A model generated the notes under the pieces. The model saw only the letters and a program-made list of their open reading frames with translations. It was not told the origin of the DNA and did not search any database. The position numbers were made by a program, and so were the translations under genes. Below, one piece after another: positions 55,476-64,000 of a stretch of DNA of 64,000 nt. Every line of letters begins with the position of its first letter. Positions within the stretch are counted from its first letter, which is position 1. The stretch lies in the IMG/VR virus record IMGVR_UViG_3300049811_000692, positions 41,429-105,428 of that record; one strand, 5' to 3'. Source of the DNA: a virus.

Positions 55476-57035
55476 GTGATGCGCGAGGCTCTGACGGCGC
55501 TTCTCGACTACGCTGACCCCCAATCCGAGGAGCGCATCGAGCTGGAGGCGCGCCTGGGGGCCAGGCGCTTCCGGGCGTTCTTCCGGATGTGCTGGCCGCA
55601 GATCGACCCGGCCCGCTACCAGCACAACTGGCACTACGACCTGGTCTGCGACGAGATGGAGGCGGTGGCGCGGCGCGAGAACCGCGAGCTCGTGCTCTGC
55701 GTCCCGCCCCGCTCCTCCAAGTCCTCCATCGTCTCGGTCGCCTTTGAGGCGTGGGTGCGCACCTGGTTCCCCGCGGCGAAGTTCATCACCGCCTCCTACG
55801 ACCAGAAGCTCGCCATGCGCGACAGCGTCCGCACCCGCGCGCTGATCAAGAGCGCCTGGTACCAGCGCCGATGGGGGCCCGATTCACCCTACCGCCCCGA
55901 CACCAACACCACCGGGACCGCGGTCGTCCGCGGCGACGACAACAAGGGCCTCTACTCCACCACCGCCGGCGGCTACCGCTTCGTCTGCACCCCAGGCAGC
56001 AACGTCACGGGCTGGGGGGCGGACTTCATCCTCTGTGACGACCCCCATCCGGTGAACAAGGCCGAGAGCGAGGCCGAGAGGCAGGCGGTGCTCGACTGGT
56101 GGTTCGAGGCCATCCCGACGCGCCTCAATCGCCTCGACCAGGGCGTGAAGATGGTCATCCAGCAGCGCGTGCACCGGGAGGATCTGGCCGGCGCCTGCAT
56201 CGCGCGCGGCTACCATCACGTCGTCCTGCCGATGGAGTTCGAGCCCGACCATCCGCAGCGCCATCCGAAGGACATCCGCACCGAGAAGGGCGAGCTCCTC
56301 CACGCGGCCCGCTTCTCCGCGAAGGACGTGGAGATGCTGAAGCGGGCGCTGGGCACCTACGCGGCGAGTGGCCAGCTCCAGCAGCGCCCGGTCCCGCGCG
56401 AGGGCGGCCTGTTCAAGCGGGGCTGGTTCCGCGTGGTGGATGCCGCGCCCGTCGAGTGCTTCCTCAACGCCGTGCGTCGCTGGGACCTGGCGGCCACCGT
56501 CCCCAAGGACGGCTCGAAGCCCGACTGGACAGCCAGCGTGTTCATGGGGCGTGACGCGATCGGTCGGATCTTCATCATGCACGCCTGCCGGTTTCAGGAG
56601 ACGCCGGCCATGGTGGACAGCAACATCAAGGCGATCGCCAGCCAGGACGGCCTGGGCGTGCGGCTCATCCTGCCCCTCGACCCAGGGCAGGCGGGCATTG
56701 GGCGGATGGAGGCGCAGAGCCGCTTCCTGGCGCCCTACGCCGCGGAGTTCGTGCGCGAGACCGGCTCGAAAGCCGAGCGGGCCCGTGGGCTGGCGGCCAT
56801 GGCCGAGGCGGGGAACGTCTATCTCGTCCGCGGCCCCTGGAACGACGAGTTCCTCAGCGAGCTGGCCGACTTCCCGAACGGCTCGCACGACGACTACGTG
56901 GACGCCGCCTCGGGCGCCTTCTCGGCCCACTACACCAGCCACGACGGGTTGATGGAGTGGATGCGCGCCAACGCCAGCTCCGACGACATTGATCGCGCGG
57001 CCCTCATGGCCGAGGAAACCTTTCGCGTCAGGTAA
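55476..57035 (+). CDS. terL: Terminase large subunit
   Basis: VPPRSSKS, TASY, G.GADFILCDDP, IQQR.H..DL, QQRPVP..GG, WDLA, FPNGSHDDYVDA. Confidence 0.93.
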   Translation: MMREALTALLDYADPQSEERIELEARLGARRFRAFFRMCWPQIDPARYQHNWHYDLVCDEMEAVARRENRELVLCVPPRSSKSSIVSVAFEAWVRTWFPAAKFITASYDQKLAMRDSVRTRALIKSAWYQRRWGPDSPYRPDTNTTGTAVVRGDDNKGLYSTTAGGYRFVCTPGSNVTGWGADFILCDDPHPVNKAESEAERQAVLDWWFEAIPTRLNRLDQGVKMVIQQRVHREDLAGACIARGYHHVVLPMEFEPDHPQRHPKDIRTEKGELLHAARFSAKDVEMLKRALGTYAASGQLQQRPVPREGGLFKRGWFRVVDAAPVECFLNAVRRWDLAATVPKDGSKPDWTASVFMGRDAIGRIFIMHACRFQETPAMVDSNIKAIASQDGLGVRLILPLDPGQAGIGRMEAQSRFLAPYAAEFVRETGSKAERARGLAAMAEAGNVYLVRGPWNDEFLSELADFPNGSHDDYVDAASGAFSAHYTSHDGLMEWMRANASSDDIDRAALMAEETFRVR

Positions 57036-57150
57036 AACAGACGGTTGCATGTGTCAGAAAAGGACGTAATTAGATGTTGCGGTTACAGGGCGGTCATGCA
57101 ACACAGCCTGCTGTGAATCCCACAGAACTAGATGTAGGGGGTCGCCGGGA

Positions 57151-57393
57151 ATGCAGGCTGCGTGTCAGGCCGCGCTGTTCTGGCCAACGGGTGGTGCGCC
57201 GTCCCTGGTCAACGTCCTCCGCAAGTGGACCGAGCTCGACGAGCCGGAGCCGCTGCCGGAGCCCATCGACCAATGCTTGATCGAGGTCCGGCTGCGGGGG
57301 CGAACGCACCGCTACGTCGTAGCGACCGAAGACCTTATCTTCCTGCCGCCCGAGTGGCGGCTGCATCTCTCCCCCGTCGCGGGGGTGGCCTGA
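57151..57393 (+). CDS. Hypothetical protein
   Basis: Follows an operator-containing intergenic region. Confidence 0.5.
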   Translation: MQAACQAALFWPTGGAPSLVNVLRKWTELDEPEPLPEPIDQCLIEVRLRGRTHRYVVATEDLIFLPPEWRLHLSPVAGVA

Positions 57394-57404
57394 GCGCGGC
57401 GCTC

Positions 57405-57833
57405 ATGGCGCGGCGCCTCCCACCCTCCCTCGCGGGACGCGAAGACGAACTGCGCCGCCTCGCCCGACAGCGAATCACCCTCGGCGAGATCGCCGCCCGC
57501 CTACAGGCCCCCTCCACGGACGTCGCCGCCGCCGTCGATGCCCTCGGCCTCATGGTCGATCGAGACGAGCGCCGCGGCAAAGCCCGCCCCCTGCTGGCGC
57601 ACCAGCAGAGCGCCCGGGTATTCATCCAGCAGCTCAGGGACGAGCGCCGCGTCATCTCAGAGCACCAGCGGCGCGTGGCATCATGCCCTCGTCTGTCCCC
57701 AGAGCAGGAGCGCGAGGCCATCGAGCGATTCCTGCGCGAGCGCGGAGTGACGAAATGCCCCGCCGCCTACGCCGACGGAGGCACCTCCATCTGGGTGCCC
57801 CCCGAGCCGAAAGCCCCGAGCGAGGACGAGTAG
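57405..57833 (+). CDS. Hypothetical HTH-like protein
   Basis: TLGEIAARL; IERFLRERGVTKCPAA motif. Confidence 0.6.
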   Translation: MARRLPPSLAGREDELRRLARQRITLGEIAARLQAPSTDVAAAVDALGLMVDRDERRGKARPLLAHQQSARVFIQQLRDERRVISEHQRRVASCPRLSPEQEREAIERFLRERGVTKCPAAYADGGTSIWVPPEPKAPSEDE

Positions 57834-57880
57834 AGAGCGGGGGCCTGTCCTGGGACCAGCTCCAAGCCATCCAGCGCGAC

Positions 57881-58159
57881 ATGGACGCCTACGACAGCCT
57901 GCCGCCCGGCCTGCGCCTGGCCTGCCGCCAGAGCTTTGTCGAGCCGCGCGCCACGGAGTTCCTGAGCGCCTGGTACCGGCTCGAGTGGACGGCCCCCAAC
58001 CCCTGGGCGCTGATCCCCCTCTGGGTGGCCGAGATGCGCCGGCGCGACCTCCAGCTCGTCGCGACCTTCGCCCAGCAGTACGAGCAGCGCTGGGGGCGCC
58101 CCTACCCACACACCGCGGCCAGGGCGACCATCCTCTACAGCGAGCCCTTCGCCTACTGA
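57881..58159 (+). CDS. Hypothetical protein
   Basis: MDAYDSLPPGLR pattern; start uncertain. Confidence 0.5.
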   Translation: MDAYDSLPPGLRLACRQSFVEPRATEFLSAWYRLEWTAPNPWALIPLWVAEMRRRDLQLVATFAQQYEQRWGRPYPHTAARATILYSEPFAY

Positions 58160-58206
58160 GCGCCTGCCCGCGGCGCTTGCCTGGCCACACTGGAATGTGT
58201 ATCCCA

Positions 58207-58410
58207 CACGGGCGGCGGGAGCGGGAAGTGTGGCAGCCCGACCGGTCGAGCAACTGAGGGGTGGGGGCCCGGGCGTCGCCTCGCCCACAGGGTCAGCCTC
58301 CTTCAGTCCCGCTCGCCGGCGCCTTCATCCGGTCTCACCACGCCGGACGCCGCGCCTATCCCCCCGAGCCCCCTGGACGCAGCCCCCCGCGTCTGGGGGG
58401 TTTTCGTTTT
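58207..58410 (+). ncRNA. Candidate ~200-nt structured RNA
   Basis: Upstream TTGCCT with operator 58186-58199; long-range stems; terminator at 58369-58410. Confidence 0.5.
58369..58410 (+). terminator. Intrinsic terminator
   Basis: gccccctggacgc...gcgtctggggggt followed by tttcgtttt. Confidence 0.75.
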
Positions 58411-58485
58411 CGGTCTCATCGGGCCGTGACAATCACAGCAAAATGTGGTGCAAGGCATCTCCACCGAGGCCCAAGGAGGGGCGGA

Positions 58486-59133
58486 ATGGACGGCAATCCG
58501 AACGAGTATCCGGACGCCGTGCTGGAGACGCTCGACGTGACGAAGGTGCTGGTGGGGGGGATGCTGATCGACCGCTTCCTCACAGCCACCAAGCTCGCCG
58601 GCGAACCCGGGATGGCCGACGCCGTCCAGGCGGCGGAGTACACCAAGGAGGTGCTCGCGGCCGTGGTCGCCATCTACAGCGCGGAGAATGGGCTGACCGA
58701 CAACCAGCTCCACGCCATGGGGGCGGAATCCGAGCGCGTCATCGCCGAGGCCGACAAGGTGGCCGAGCGGTATGGCGTGGAGGAGGCCACGGTCGCCGTC
58801 GAGGCGCAGGCCGCCGGCGCGCCCCCGGACATGAAGACGATCGCCTTCGATGGCGAGGGCCTGACTGTGGACGGGCTCGTCACCGCCGCCGCGGCGCTCG
58901 CCTGCATGGCCGCGACCACCAACGACCCCACCGCGCCCGCGGTGGTGCAGGCCACGAGCCCGAAGGTGATGACCGTGGCGAGGATGCTCTACACCCTGGC
59001 CCACGGCATGGATCCCAAGCTCGCTTCGTTCGAGGAGGGGATGGAGAGCGTCGCGGCAAACCTGACCGAGCAGGCGCGCCAGCGCTTCATGGCCCAGTTC
59101 AGGCCGCAGCAGGACAAGGGGGCGATGCACTGA
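58486..59133 (+). CDS. Hypothetical protein
   Basis: SD AAGGAGG. Confidence 0.75.
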   Translation: MDGNPNEYPDAVLETLDVTKVLVGGMLIDRFLTATKLAGEPGMADAVQAAEYTKEVLAAVVAIYSAENGLTDNQLHAMGAESERVIAEADKVAERYGVEEATVAVEAQAAGAPPDMKTIAFDGEGLTVDGLVTAAAALACMAATTNDPTAPAVVQATSPKVMTVARMLYTLAHGMDPKLASFEEGMESVAANLTEQARQRFMAQFRPQQDKGAMH

Positions 59134-59600
59134 TGGCCCGCGAGCGAAGCTTGGACCGCATCATCATCGACGCCTCGATCCGCGACCGCTTGCGGGCCGT
59201 GTACGCGAGCCTGTCGCGGGATGAGCGCCTCACCGAGGACCCGCAGATCGCGGCCGACTTCCAGGACATGAGCGTGGAGGGGCTGGTCATCGCGCTCGAG
59301 GAGCTGGCGAAGCAGGAGCGCAACGCCCCCATCCCGAACAGCGACATCAAGAGCGCCAGCTTCGTGAACGCGGCCGCGACCCTGCTCTCCATGGTCCACC
59401 AGTTCGAGGCCGATAGCCGCATCGGGGCGGATGTGAAGGCCGGCCTGCCGGATCAGCGCCGGATCATCGAGCTGCTCCTCGGCCTGGGCAAGCGCACGGT
59501 GCCGTTCGGCCCGGGCACGATCCAGGAGCTCGAGAAGTGGCTCGGGCTGCCGCCCCGAGGCGCGGCGGTGAAGCCCTTCAGCCGGAGGAGGGGGTCATGA
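59133..59600 (+). CDS. Hypothetical protein
   Basis: TGATG coupling. Confidence 0.65.
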   Translation: MARERSLDRIIIDASIRDRLRAVYASLSRDERLTEDPQIAADFQDMSVEGLVIALEELAKQERNAPIPNSDIKSASFVNAAATLLSMVHQFEADSRIGADVKAGLPDQRRIIELLLGLGKRTVPFGPGTIQELEKWLGLPPRGAAVKPFSRRRGS

Positions 59601-60187
59601 GTGACGCCGACGCCCAGGAGGCGGTGATGCGCGACCTGCGGGATCAGCTCGCCGGCCAGGAGGCGCTGCTTCGGCACGCGACGAAGAGCGTCAGTGCCGC
59701 CGCCGATGGCCTGCGGAATCTGGTGGGCGCGGACGCCGCGCTGGACGAGCTCGATGCCGACCCCACGAACCTCGGGGATGCCCTGACGCGCCTCGACTTC
59801 GCTGTCGTCGCCGTCGGGGCCTCCATGCTCCGCACCTCGAAAGCCCTCGAGGAAATCCACGTCCAGGCGCAGGAGGTGCTGGATCAGCGGCGCAAGATCG
59901 CGGACCTGGGCCTGGAGCTCGCGGAGAACGTCATGCGGCTGTCGTCCGACGAGGCGAAGGGCGAGGTCTGGGTGCATCGGGTCCTGCTGGGCGCGGCCGT
60001 GGCCAGCCTCACGACCGCCCTGCTCGGCCAGCCCGAGCTCGCCCTGTTCCTCGCGCTGCTCGTGTTGGTCCTCCACGCGGCCGGCGGGATCTACATCAAC
60101 AAGCAGCGCGTCAATGACCGGGGCAAGGCGCTCGCCAAGCTCAACGAGGTCAAGGCGGCGCGCGCGACACAGGAGACCGGGAAGTGA
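59597..60187 (+). CDS. Coiled-coil membrane protein
   Basis: SD GGAGG; two C-terminal TM helices. Confidence 0.7.
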   Translation: MSDADAQEAVMRDLRDQLAGQEALLRHATKSVSAAADGLRNLVGADAALDELDADPTNLGDALTRLDFAVVAVGASMLRTSKALEEIHVQAQEVLDQRRKIADLGLELAENVMRLSSDEAKGEVWVHRVLLGAAVASLTTALLGQPELALFLALLVLVLHAAGGIYINKQRVNDRGKALAKLNEVKAARATQETGK

Positions 60188-60516
60188 CCGACGACGAGAT
60201 CGAGAAGATGGTGAAGCGCCTGAGCGAGCCGCAGCGCAAGGCGCTGAGGGCGCTCGCGCCCGAAGTGGGCGTGGCATACAGCCCCAGCAAGCTGAGGAAG
60301 CTGAAGGTGAAGGAGGCGAGCCTGTACGCGCTCGGCGACCGGGGGCTGGCGGCGCCTGTGGGCTACAGCGGCTTCTGGCACATCACGCCAGAGGGGCTGA
60401 AGGTCCTCGAGGCGCTGTTGGCCGAGATGGCGTCGAAGATCATCGCGAAGCCGATCCTGGTCGCAAAGCCGCTCCGCGCCACGGCCGCGGCGGCCAGCAA
60501 GGGGAGGGCCGGCTGA
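60184..60516 (+). CDS. Winged-helix-like hypothetical protein
   Basis: LSEPQRKAL...L..RGL...WHITPEG..VL. Confidence 0.65.
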   Translation: MTDDEIEKMVKRLSEPQRKALRALAPEVGVAYSPSKLRKLKVKEASLYALGDRGLAAPVGYSGFWHITPEGLKVLEALLAEMASKIIAKPILVAKPLRATAAAASKGRAG

Positions 60517-61187
60517 TGACCGACGATATCGTGAGCCTTCTGCGCGAGCACATCGCGCGCGAGGCCTCGCGCCGCGACAGCATCCGTGACGACCTGTACC
60601 GGATCGCCCTCCTGGCCGACGGGCGCGACCCGGCCGCGCAGGACTGGCAGGACGAGCTGCGCCGGTGGCTGCTGACGCCGGAGGCGCTGGTCGCCCATGT
60701 CGAGGGTGTGGTCGTGACCCTGCGCAAGCAGCCCAGCGCGCCGCCCGCGCCTGCGGCGCCGCCCGCCGCGCAGCCGGCCTTCATCACCGCGGCCGCGCCC
60801 GTCTCCGCAGCACCGTCCGGGGCGAGCCCTACTGACGACGCCTGGAGCACTGCGCTGGCCGATGCCAACCGCCGCGCCAGGCGCGATCAGAACAAGCTGA
60901 AGGAGGTCGAGGCGTACCTCGCCCAGGCGAAGCGCGAGGTCGCGGAGGCCGAGAAGCAGCGCGAGGCGCTGTGGCAGGCCCTCTCGAAGGTGGCTTTCGA
61001 CCTGCAGGCGGCGCTGGACGACAGCGAGGCCAGGAAGAAGCTCTCGGCGTCGGGGCTCGTCATGACGGACGAGATGGATGCCCATCTGCGAGCGCGCGTG
61101 ACCGAGATCCGCACGAAGGCTCTGGCGGCGCTCGGCGGCGGCGAGGCCAAGACCGAGCAGGCGGAGGCCGCGAAAGCGTCGTTGTGA
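60516..61187 (+). CDS. Coiled-coil hypothetical protein
   Basis: TGATG coupling. Confidence 0.65.
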   Translation: MTDDIVSLLREHIAREASRRDSIRDDLYRIALLADGRDPAAQDWQDELRRWLLTPEALVAHVEGVVVTLRKQPSAPPAPAAPPAAQPAFITAAAPVSAAPSGASPTDDAWSTALADANRRARRDQNKLKEVEAYLAQAKREVAEAEKQREALWQALSKVAFDLQAALDDSEARKKLSASGLVMTDEMDAHLRARVTEIRTKALAALGGGEAKTEQAEAAKASL

Positions 61188-61239
61188 TCCACATTCTTCT
61201 GTGGTGAAGTCCACGGACTTCGCTGCACGGGAGGGGATC

Positions 61240-61380
61240 ATGAGCTGGGTCGTGATCATCTGGGTGTCGGGGGCCGCCATGGGCGGTGCGCTGGTCTGGC
61301 GGGCCTTCGGCGCTTGGGCAGGCGAGATGGAGCGGGCGATCACGGCCTGCTCCCACCATCATCGAGAGGACGAGACGTGA
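61240..61380 (+). CDS. 46-aa membrane peptide
   Basis: SD GGAGG; MSWVVIIWVSGAAMGGALVW. Confidence 0.5.
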   Translation: MSWVVIIWVSGAAMGGALVWRAFGAWAGEMERAITACSHHHREDET

Positions 61381-61640
61381 CCGACGACGAGAAGCGCAAG
61401 ATCGTGGCCCAGCAGATCGCGGCCAGCCTGGGGTGGGATTCCCGCCCCGTCGCCCTGCGCGACCGGCTGGTGGAGCTGCTGGAGGCCCAGGTGGCCGACC
61501 CTGGCACGGAGATCGACACGGGGCAGGGCGCCAGCTCGGCCGACCTGTGGGTGAAGGTGGACGGGGTCGAGTACTTCGTCACCGTCCAGGTCAGCCTCGC
61601 CCAGCGCCAGCGGGAGGAGGAGGCCGCGCGCCGTGGCTGA
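61377..61640 (+). CDS. Hypothetical protein
   Basis: GTGA overlap; ADLWVKVDGVEYFVTV. Confidence 0.65.
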   Translation: MTDDEKRKIVAQQIAASLGWDSRPVALRDRLVELLEAQVADPGTEIDTGQGASSADLWVKVDGVEYFVTVQVSLAQRQREEEAARRG

Positions 61641-62142
61641 CGACTTCCCCATCGCGCTCCTCAGCCCCGAGCGGCGCGAGATCCTGGCGAGCATCCCGTC
61701 CGAGGGCGTCGAGCTCGCCAGCATCCCGCCCAGGCACGCGAAGTGGCTCCAGAACGAGAAGCTGCTTCGGCGTGGGAGCTGGCGCTACTGGCTGACGGAC
61801 AGAGGCCAGCGGGCGGCCGCGCGCCTCCGAGCGCACCGATTGGAGGTCGAGGCTCTGGGCAAGCTGGCCCGCGAGCTCAACGAGCGCGCCATGGGCCCTC
61901 CTCAGAGCCTCAGCACCGATCTGGACTGGCGCGTCTTCCTGGCGCTCGGGGGGAAGACCCGCCGCATGCCGGCCACGTCGAGGGGGAAGGGGAGGCTGCT
62001 CGCCATCCGGGAAGACGGCACGGCCTCCCTCAAGCCGCCCGAGGTGAGCCGCTCGAGCCAGCGCATGCGCGAGGCGGCCGCCCGCCTGGAAGCCAAGCGC
62101 CGGCGCCTCGAGGAGGAGTTCGTGATGGGGGTGGCCGCATGA
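61633..62142 (+). CDS. Hypothetical protein
   Basis: SD GGAGG; overlap coupling. Confidence 0.6.
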   Translation: MADDFPIALLSPERREILASIPSEGVELASIPPRHAKWLQNEKLLRRGSWRYWLTDRGQRAAARLRAHRLEVEALGKLARELNERAMGPPQSLSTDLDWRVFLALGGKTRRMPATSRGKGRLLAIREDGTASLKPPEVSRSSQRMREAAARLEAKRRRLEEEFVMGVAA

Positions 62143-62588
62143 GCCTGGACGCGAAGATCGCAGAGCTGGCGGACATGCTCGATCTGGCCGGCACGCGCGA
62201 CCGCTACGTCCACATCAACCCCATCACCCTGGCTCGGCTGATGGGGTGGGAGCAGGACGACCGGGGCTGGCACCGGGGCGGCAACTGCACGGTGACGGCG
62301 CCCGACGGCGCGGTCTGGACCTATTCCCAGAGCTGCGCCAACGGCCCGCCCTTCTTCTCCAGCATGGAGTGGGCGGCCAAGCTGGTCCCGGACGGGCACT
62401 CGCTCTCCCTCGCCTGGTCCACCAACCGCGTCTGGTCAGTGGCGATCATGGGGCCGCGGTCGAGCTGGGGCTCGCACCCCGCCTCGGCCTGTGTGGCGGT
62501 GGTCCAGGCGTGCCTCCGCTGGCGCGTCTCGGCGCTGCGGTACCGGCAGGCGCGCGACGCACGGGCGGCGAAGGAGGGGGCGACGTGA
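62139..62588 (+). CDS. Hypothetical protein
   Basis: P.F.SSMEWAAKLVP pattern; ATGA overlap. Confidence 0.6.
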   Translation: MSLDAKIAELADMLDLAGTRDRYVHINPITLARLMGWEQDDRGWHRGGNCTVTAPDGAVWTYSQSCANGPPFFSSMEWAAKLVPDGHSLSLAWSTNRVWSVAIMGPRSSWGSHPASACVAVVQACLRWRVSALRYRQARDARAAKEGAT

Positions 62589-62812
62589 TCGAGCCGACGC
62601 AAGTGGACGGAGAGCTGATGAAGCTGATGCGCCAGCGCGTGGCGGCGGATCGGGTCCGGGCGGCGGCCGACGCGTTGAACGAGGCGCAGAAGAGGGCGCG
62701 CGCCGAGGGGCTGCATGTGGAGCTCCTGCTGGAGGACTACCGCATCGCCTCGATGGGGGAGCATCCGCTCCGGTGGCAGATGGTCGGGGTGCGCGTGACC
62801 GCCCCCGTCTGA
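62585..62812 (+). CDS. Hypothetical protein
   Basis: SD AGGAGG; GTGA overlap. Confidence 0.6.
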   Translation: MIEPTQVDGELMKLMRQRVAADRVRAAADALNEAQKRARAEGLHVELLLEDYRIASMGEHPLRWQMVGVRVTAPV

Positions 62813-62891
62813 CCCACATCCGGCATTGACGATCACATTCTGATGTGCGACGCGGACGGCTCCCTCAACCCCTTCCTGGGAGTCGTCCGCC

Positions 62892-63170
62892 TTGCCCGAC
62901 ACGCTGTACGAGGGGCCGCCTGACGCGCGGCAGGCCCCTGACCCGAACCTGCCGACGAGCCGCTTCCGGCCGAAGTACCGGCAGCTCTCCCCCATCGAGG
63001 AACAGATCCACGACGCCATCAAGGCGAAGGCCGAGGATCTCGAGGCGACCTTCACCCGCGCGCTGATCGCGCAGGAGTTGCGCAGCGTCTCCGCGGGCCG
63101 CGAGATCGCACTCGCCCTCACCAAGCTCGAGGAGTCGGTCATGTGGGCCGTGAAGGGGCTGACGAAGTGA
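62892..63170 (+). CDS. Acb2/Tad1-like nucleotide-sponge anti-defence protein
   Basis: KYRQLSPIEE...IK and GREIALALTKLEESVMWAVKGLT helical-hairpin motifs. Confidence 0.7.
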   Translation: MPDTLYEGPPDARQAPDPNLPTSRFRPKYRQLSPIEEQIHDAIKAKAEDLEATFTRALIAQELRSVSAGREIALALTKLEESVMWAVKGLTK

Positions 63171-63628
63171 ACGACCGGCCCAACCCCTCGTCGCGCGAGC
63201 TCTGGCGCGAGCACCAGGCCGAGCGCGGCCTCCTCGGGCGCTACGCGCTCTGGGCGGCCGGCATCGCCATCGTCGGCGCCGTGGGCGTCGGTGTCGTGTG
63301 GTCCATGACCGCGCCGCTGCGCATGGCCTCGGGCGTCGTGAACCAGACCCTCGACGCCCGCAACGCCATCGCGACCTACGAGCGCTTCCACGACCGGTGG
63401 AGGAACTACGAGGCCCGCCTCGGGCAGATCGGCAGCCACACGGCGCTGCTCGCCGTTGAGACGGCCCCGGACGAGCGCCGGCGCCTCTCGATCGAGATCG
63501 CGGCCATGCGCCAGTCCTGCCGCGAGACGGCCGCCGGCTACAACGCCGAGGCCACCATGACCAACCGGGCCATCTTCCAGGGGCGCACCGCCCCCGAACG
63601 GCTCGACATGGCGAGGTGCGACCGATGA
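63167..63628 (+). CDS. Membrane-anchored coiled-coil protein
   Basis: One TM helix; C..TAAGYNA..T..NR.IF. Confidence 0.7.
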   Translation: MNDRPNPSSRELWREHQAERGLLGRYALWAAGIAIVGAVGVGVVWSMTAPLRMASGVVNQTLDARNAIATYERFHDRWRNYEARLGQIGSHTALLAVETAPDERRRLSIEIAAMRQSCRETAAGYNAEATMTNRAIFQGRTAPERLDMARCDR

Positions 63629-64000
63629 GGGTCTCCATCCTGGCGCTCGGCCTCCCGCTCCTGGCGCTCACCGCCTGCCTCGAGCAGGCCCCGTCCCGCA
63701 ACGAGACGCGCGACACCCAGGCCGAGCGCGCGCGCCAGGAAGCGGCCGCGGTGCGCTTCACCGGCAACGCGGAGATCGCGAACATCCGCCGCCGGCTCGA
63801 GCTGACCTCGAACCCAGACCTGCTCGGCTTCGTGGTGCTGTTCAACGAGGCCGGCCAGCCGATCCGCTACGATGCGGTGCGCGGCAAGGTGACCTCGGGG
63901 GGCAAGCGGCTTACCGAGCCCGACCGGCTGGTGACGGTGGGCAACGGGAGCGGCGGCACGAACATGGCCGTGCGGCAGGCGCCCTCGGACGAGGGGACCT
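63625..64000 (+). CDS. Lipoprotein (3' truncated by window edge)
   Basis: MRVSILALGLPLLALTAC lipobox. Confidence 0.7.
   Translation, partial: MRVSILALGLPLLALTACLEQAPSRNETRDTQAERARQEAAAVRFTGNAEIANIRRRLELTSNPDLLGFVVLFNEAGQPIRYDAVRGKVTSGGKRLTEPDRLVTVGNGSGGTNMAVRQAPSDEGT

Overview
A 64-kb segment of a very GC-rich temperate tailed phage, probably of an alphaproteobacterial host (it carries a GcrA homologue and a tRNA-Lys(CTT) att core). Phage genes flank the att core on both sides, so this looks like attP in a free or excised genome rather than a prophage end. Order: tail tip and receptor-binding genes plus holin-like genes (1-13.8 kb, +); attP, integrase, excisionase and an ERF/YqaJ recombination operon (14.9-21.2 kb, -); a phased iteron cluster (21.3 kb); gene array A (21.7-29.3 kb, -); DnaB, replication initiator, VRR-NUC and a cro/cI switch (29.6-33.8 kb); arrays B and C (34.2-46.9 kb, -); SSB and accessory genes, a Ro60/TROVE gene with two Y-RNA-like genes, terminase, and small genes including an Acb2/Tat-independent Acb2/Tad1-like sponge candidate (47-64 kb). 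The outstanding feature is a 60-95 nt multi-hairpin element, found 32 times. Each copy sits directly on the Shine-Dalgarno of a small accessory gene and shows compensatory base changes, turning about 19 kb into arrays of 'leader + gene' cassettes. A 14-bp palindrome CACA-N6-TGTG also occurs at least 14 times, in non-coding gaps and often inside promoters. All protein family calls are by eye from motifs; no searches were run. Many ORF-track starts were moved to the codon following the SD.
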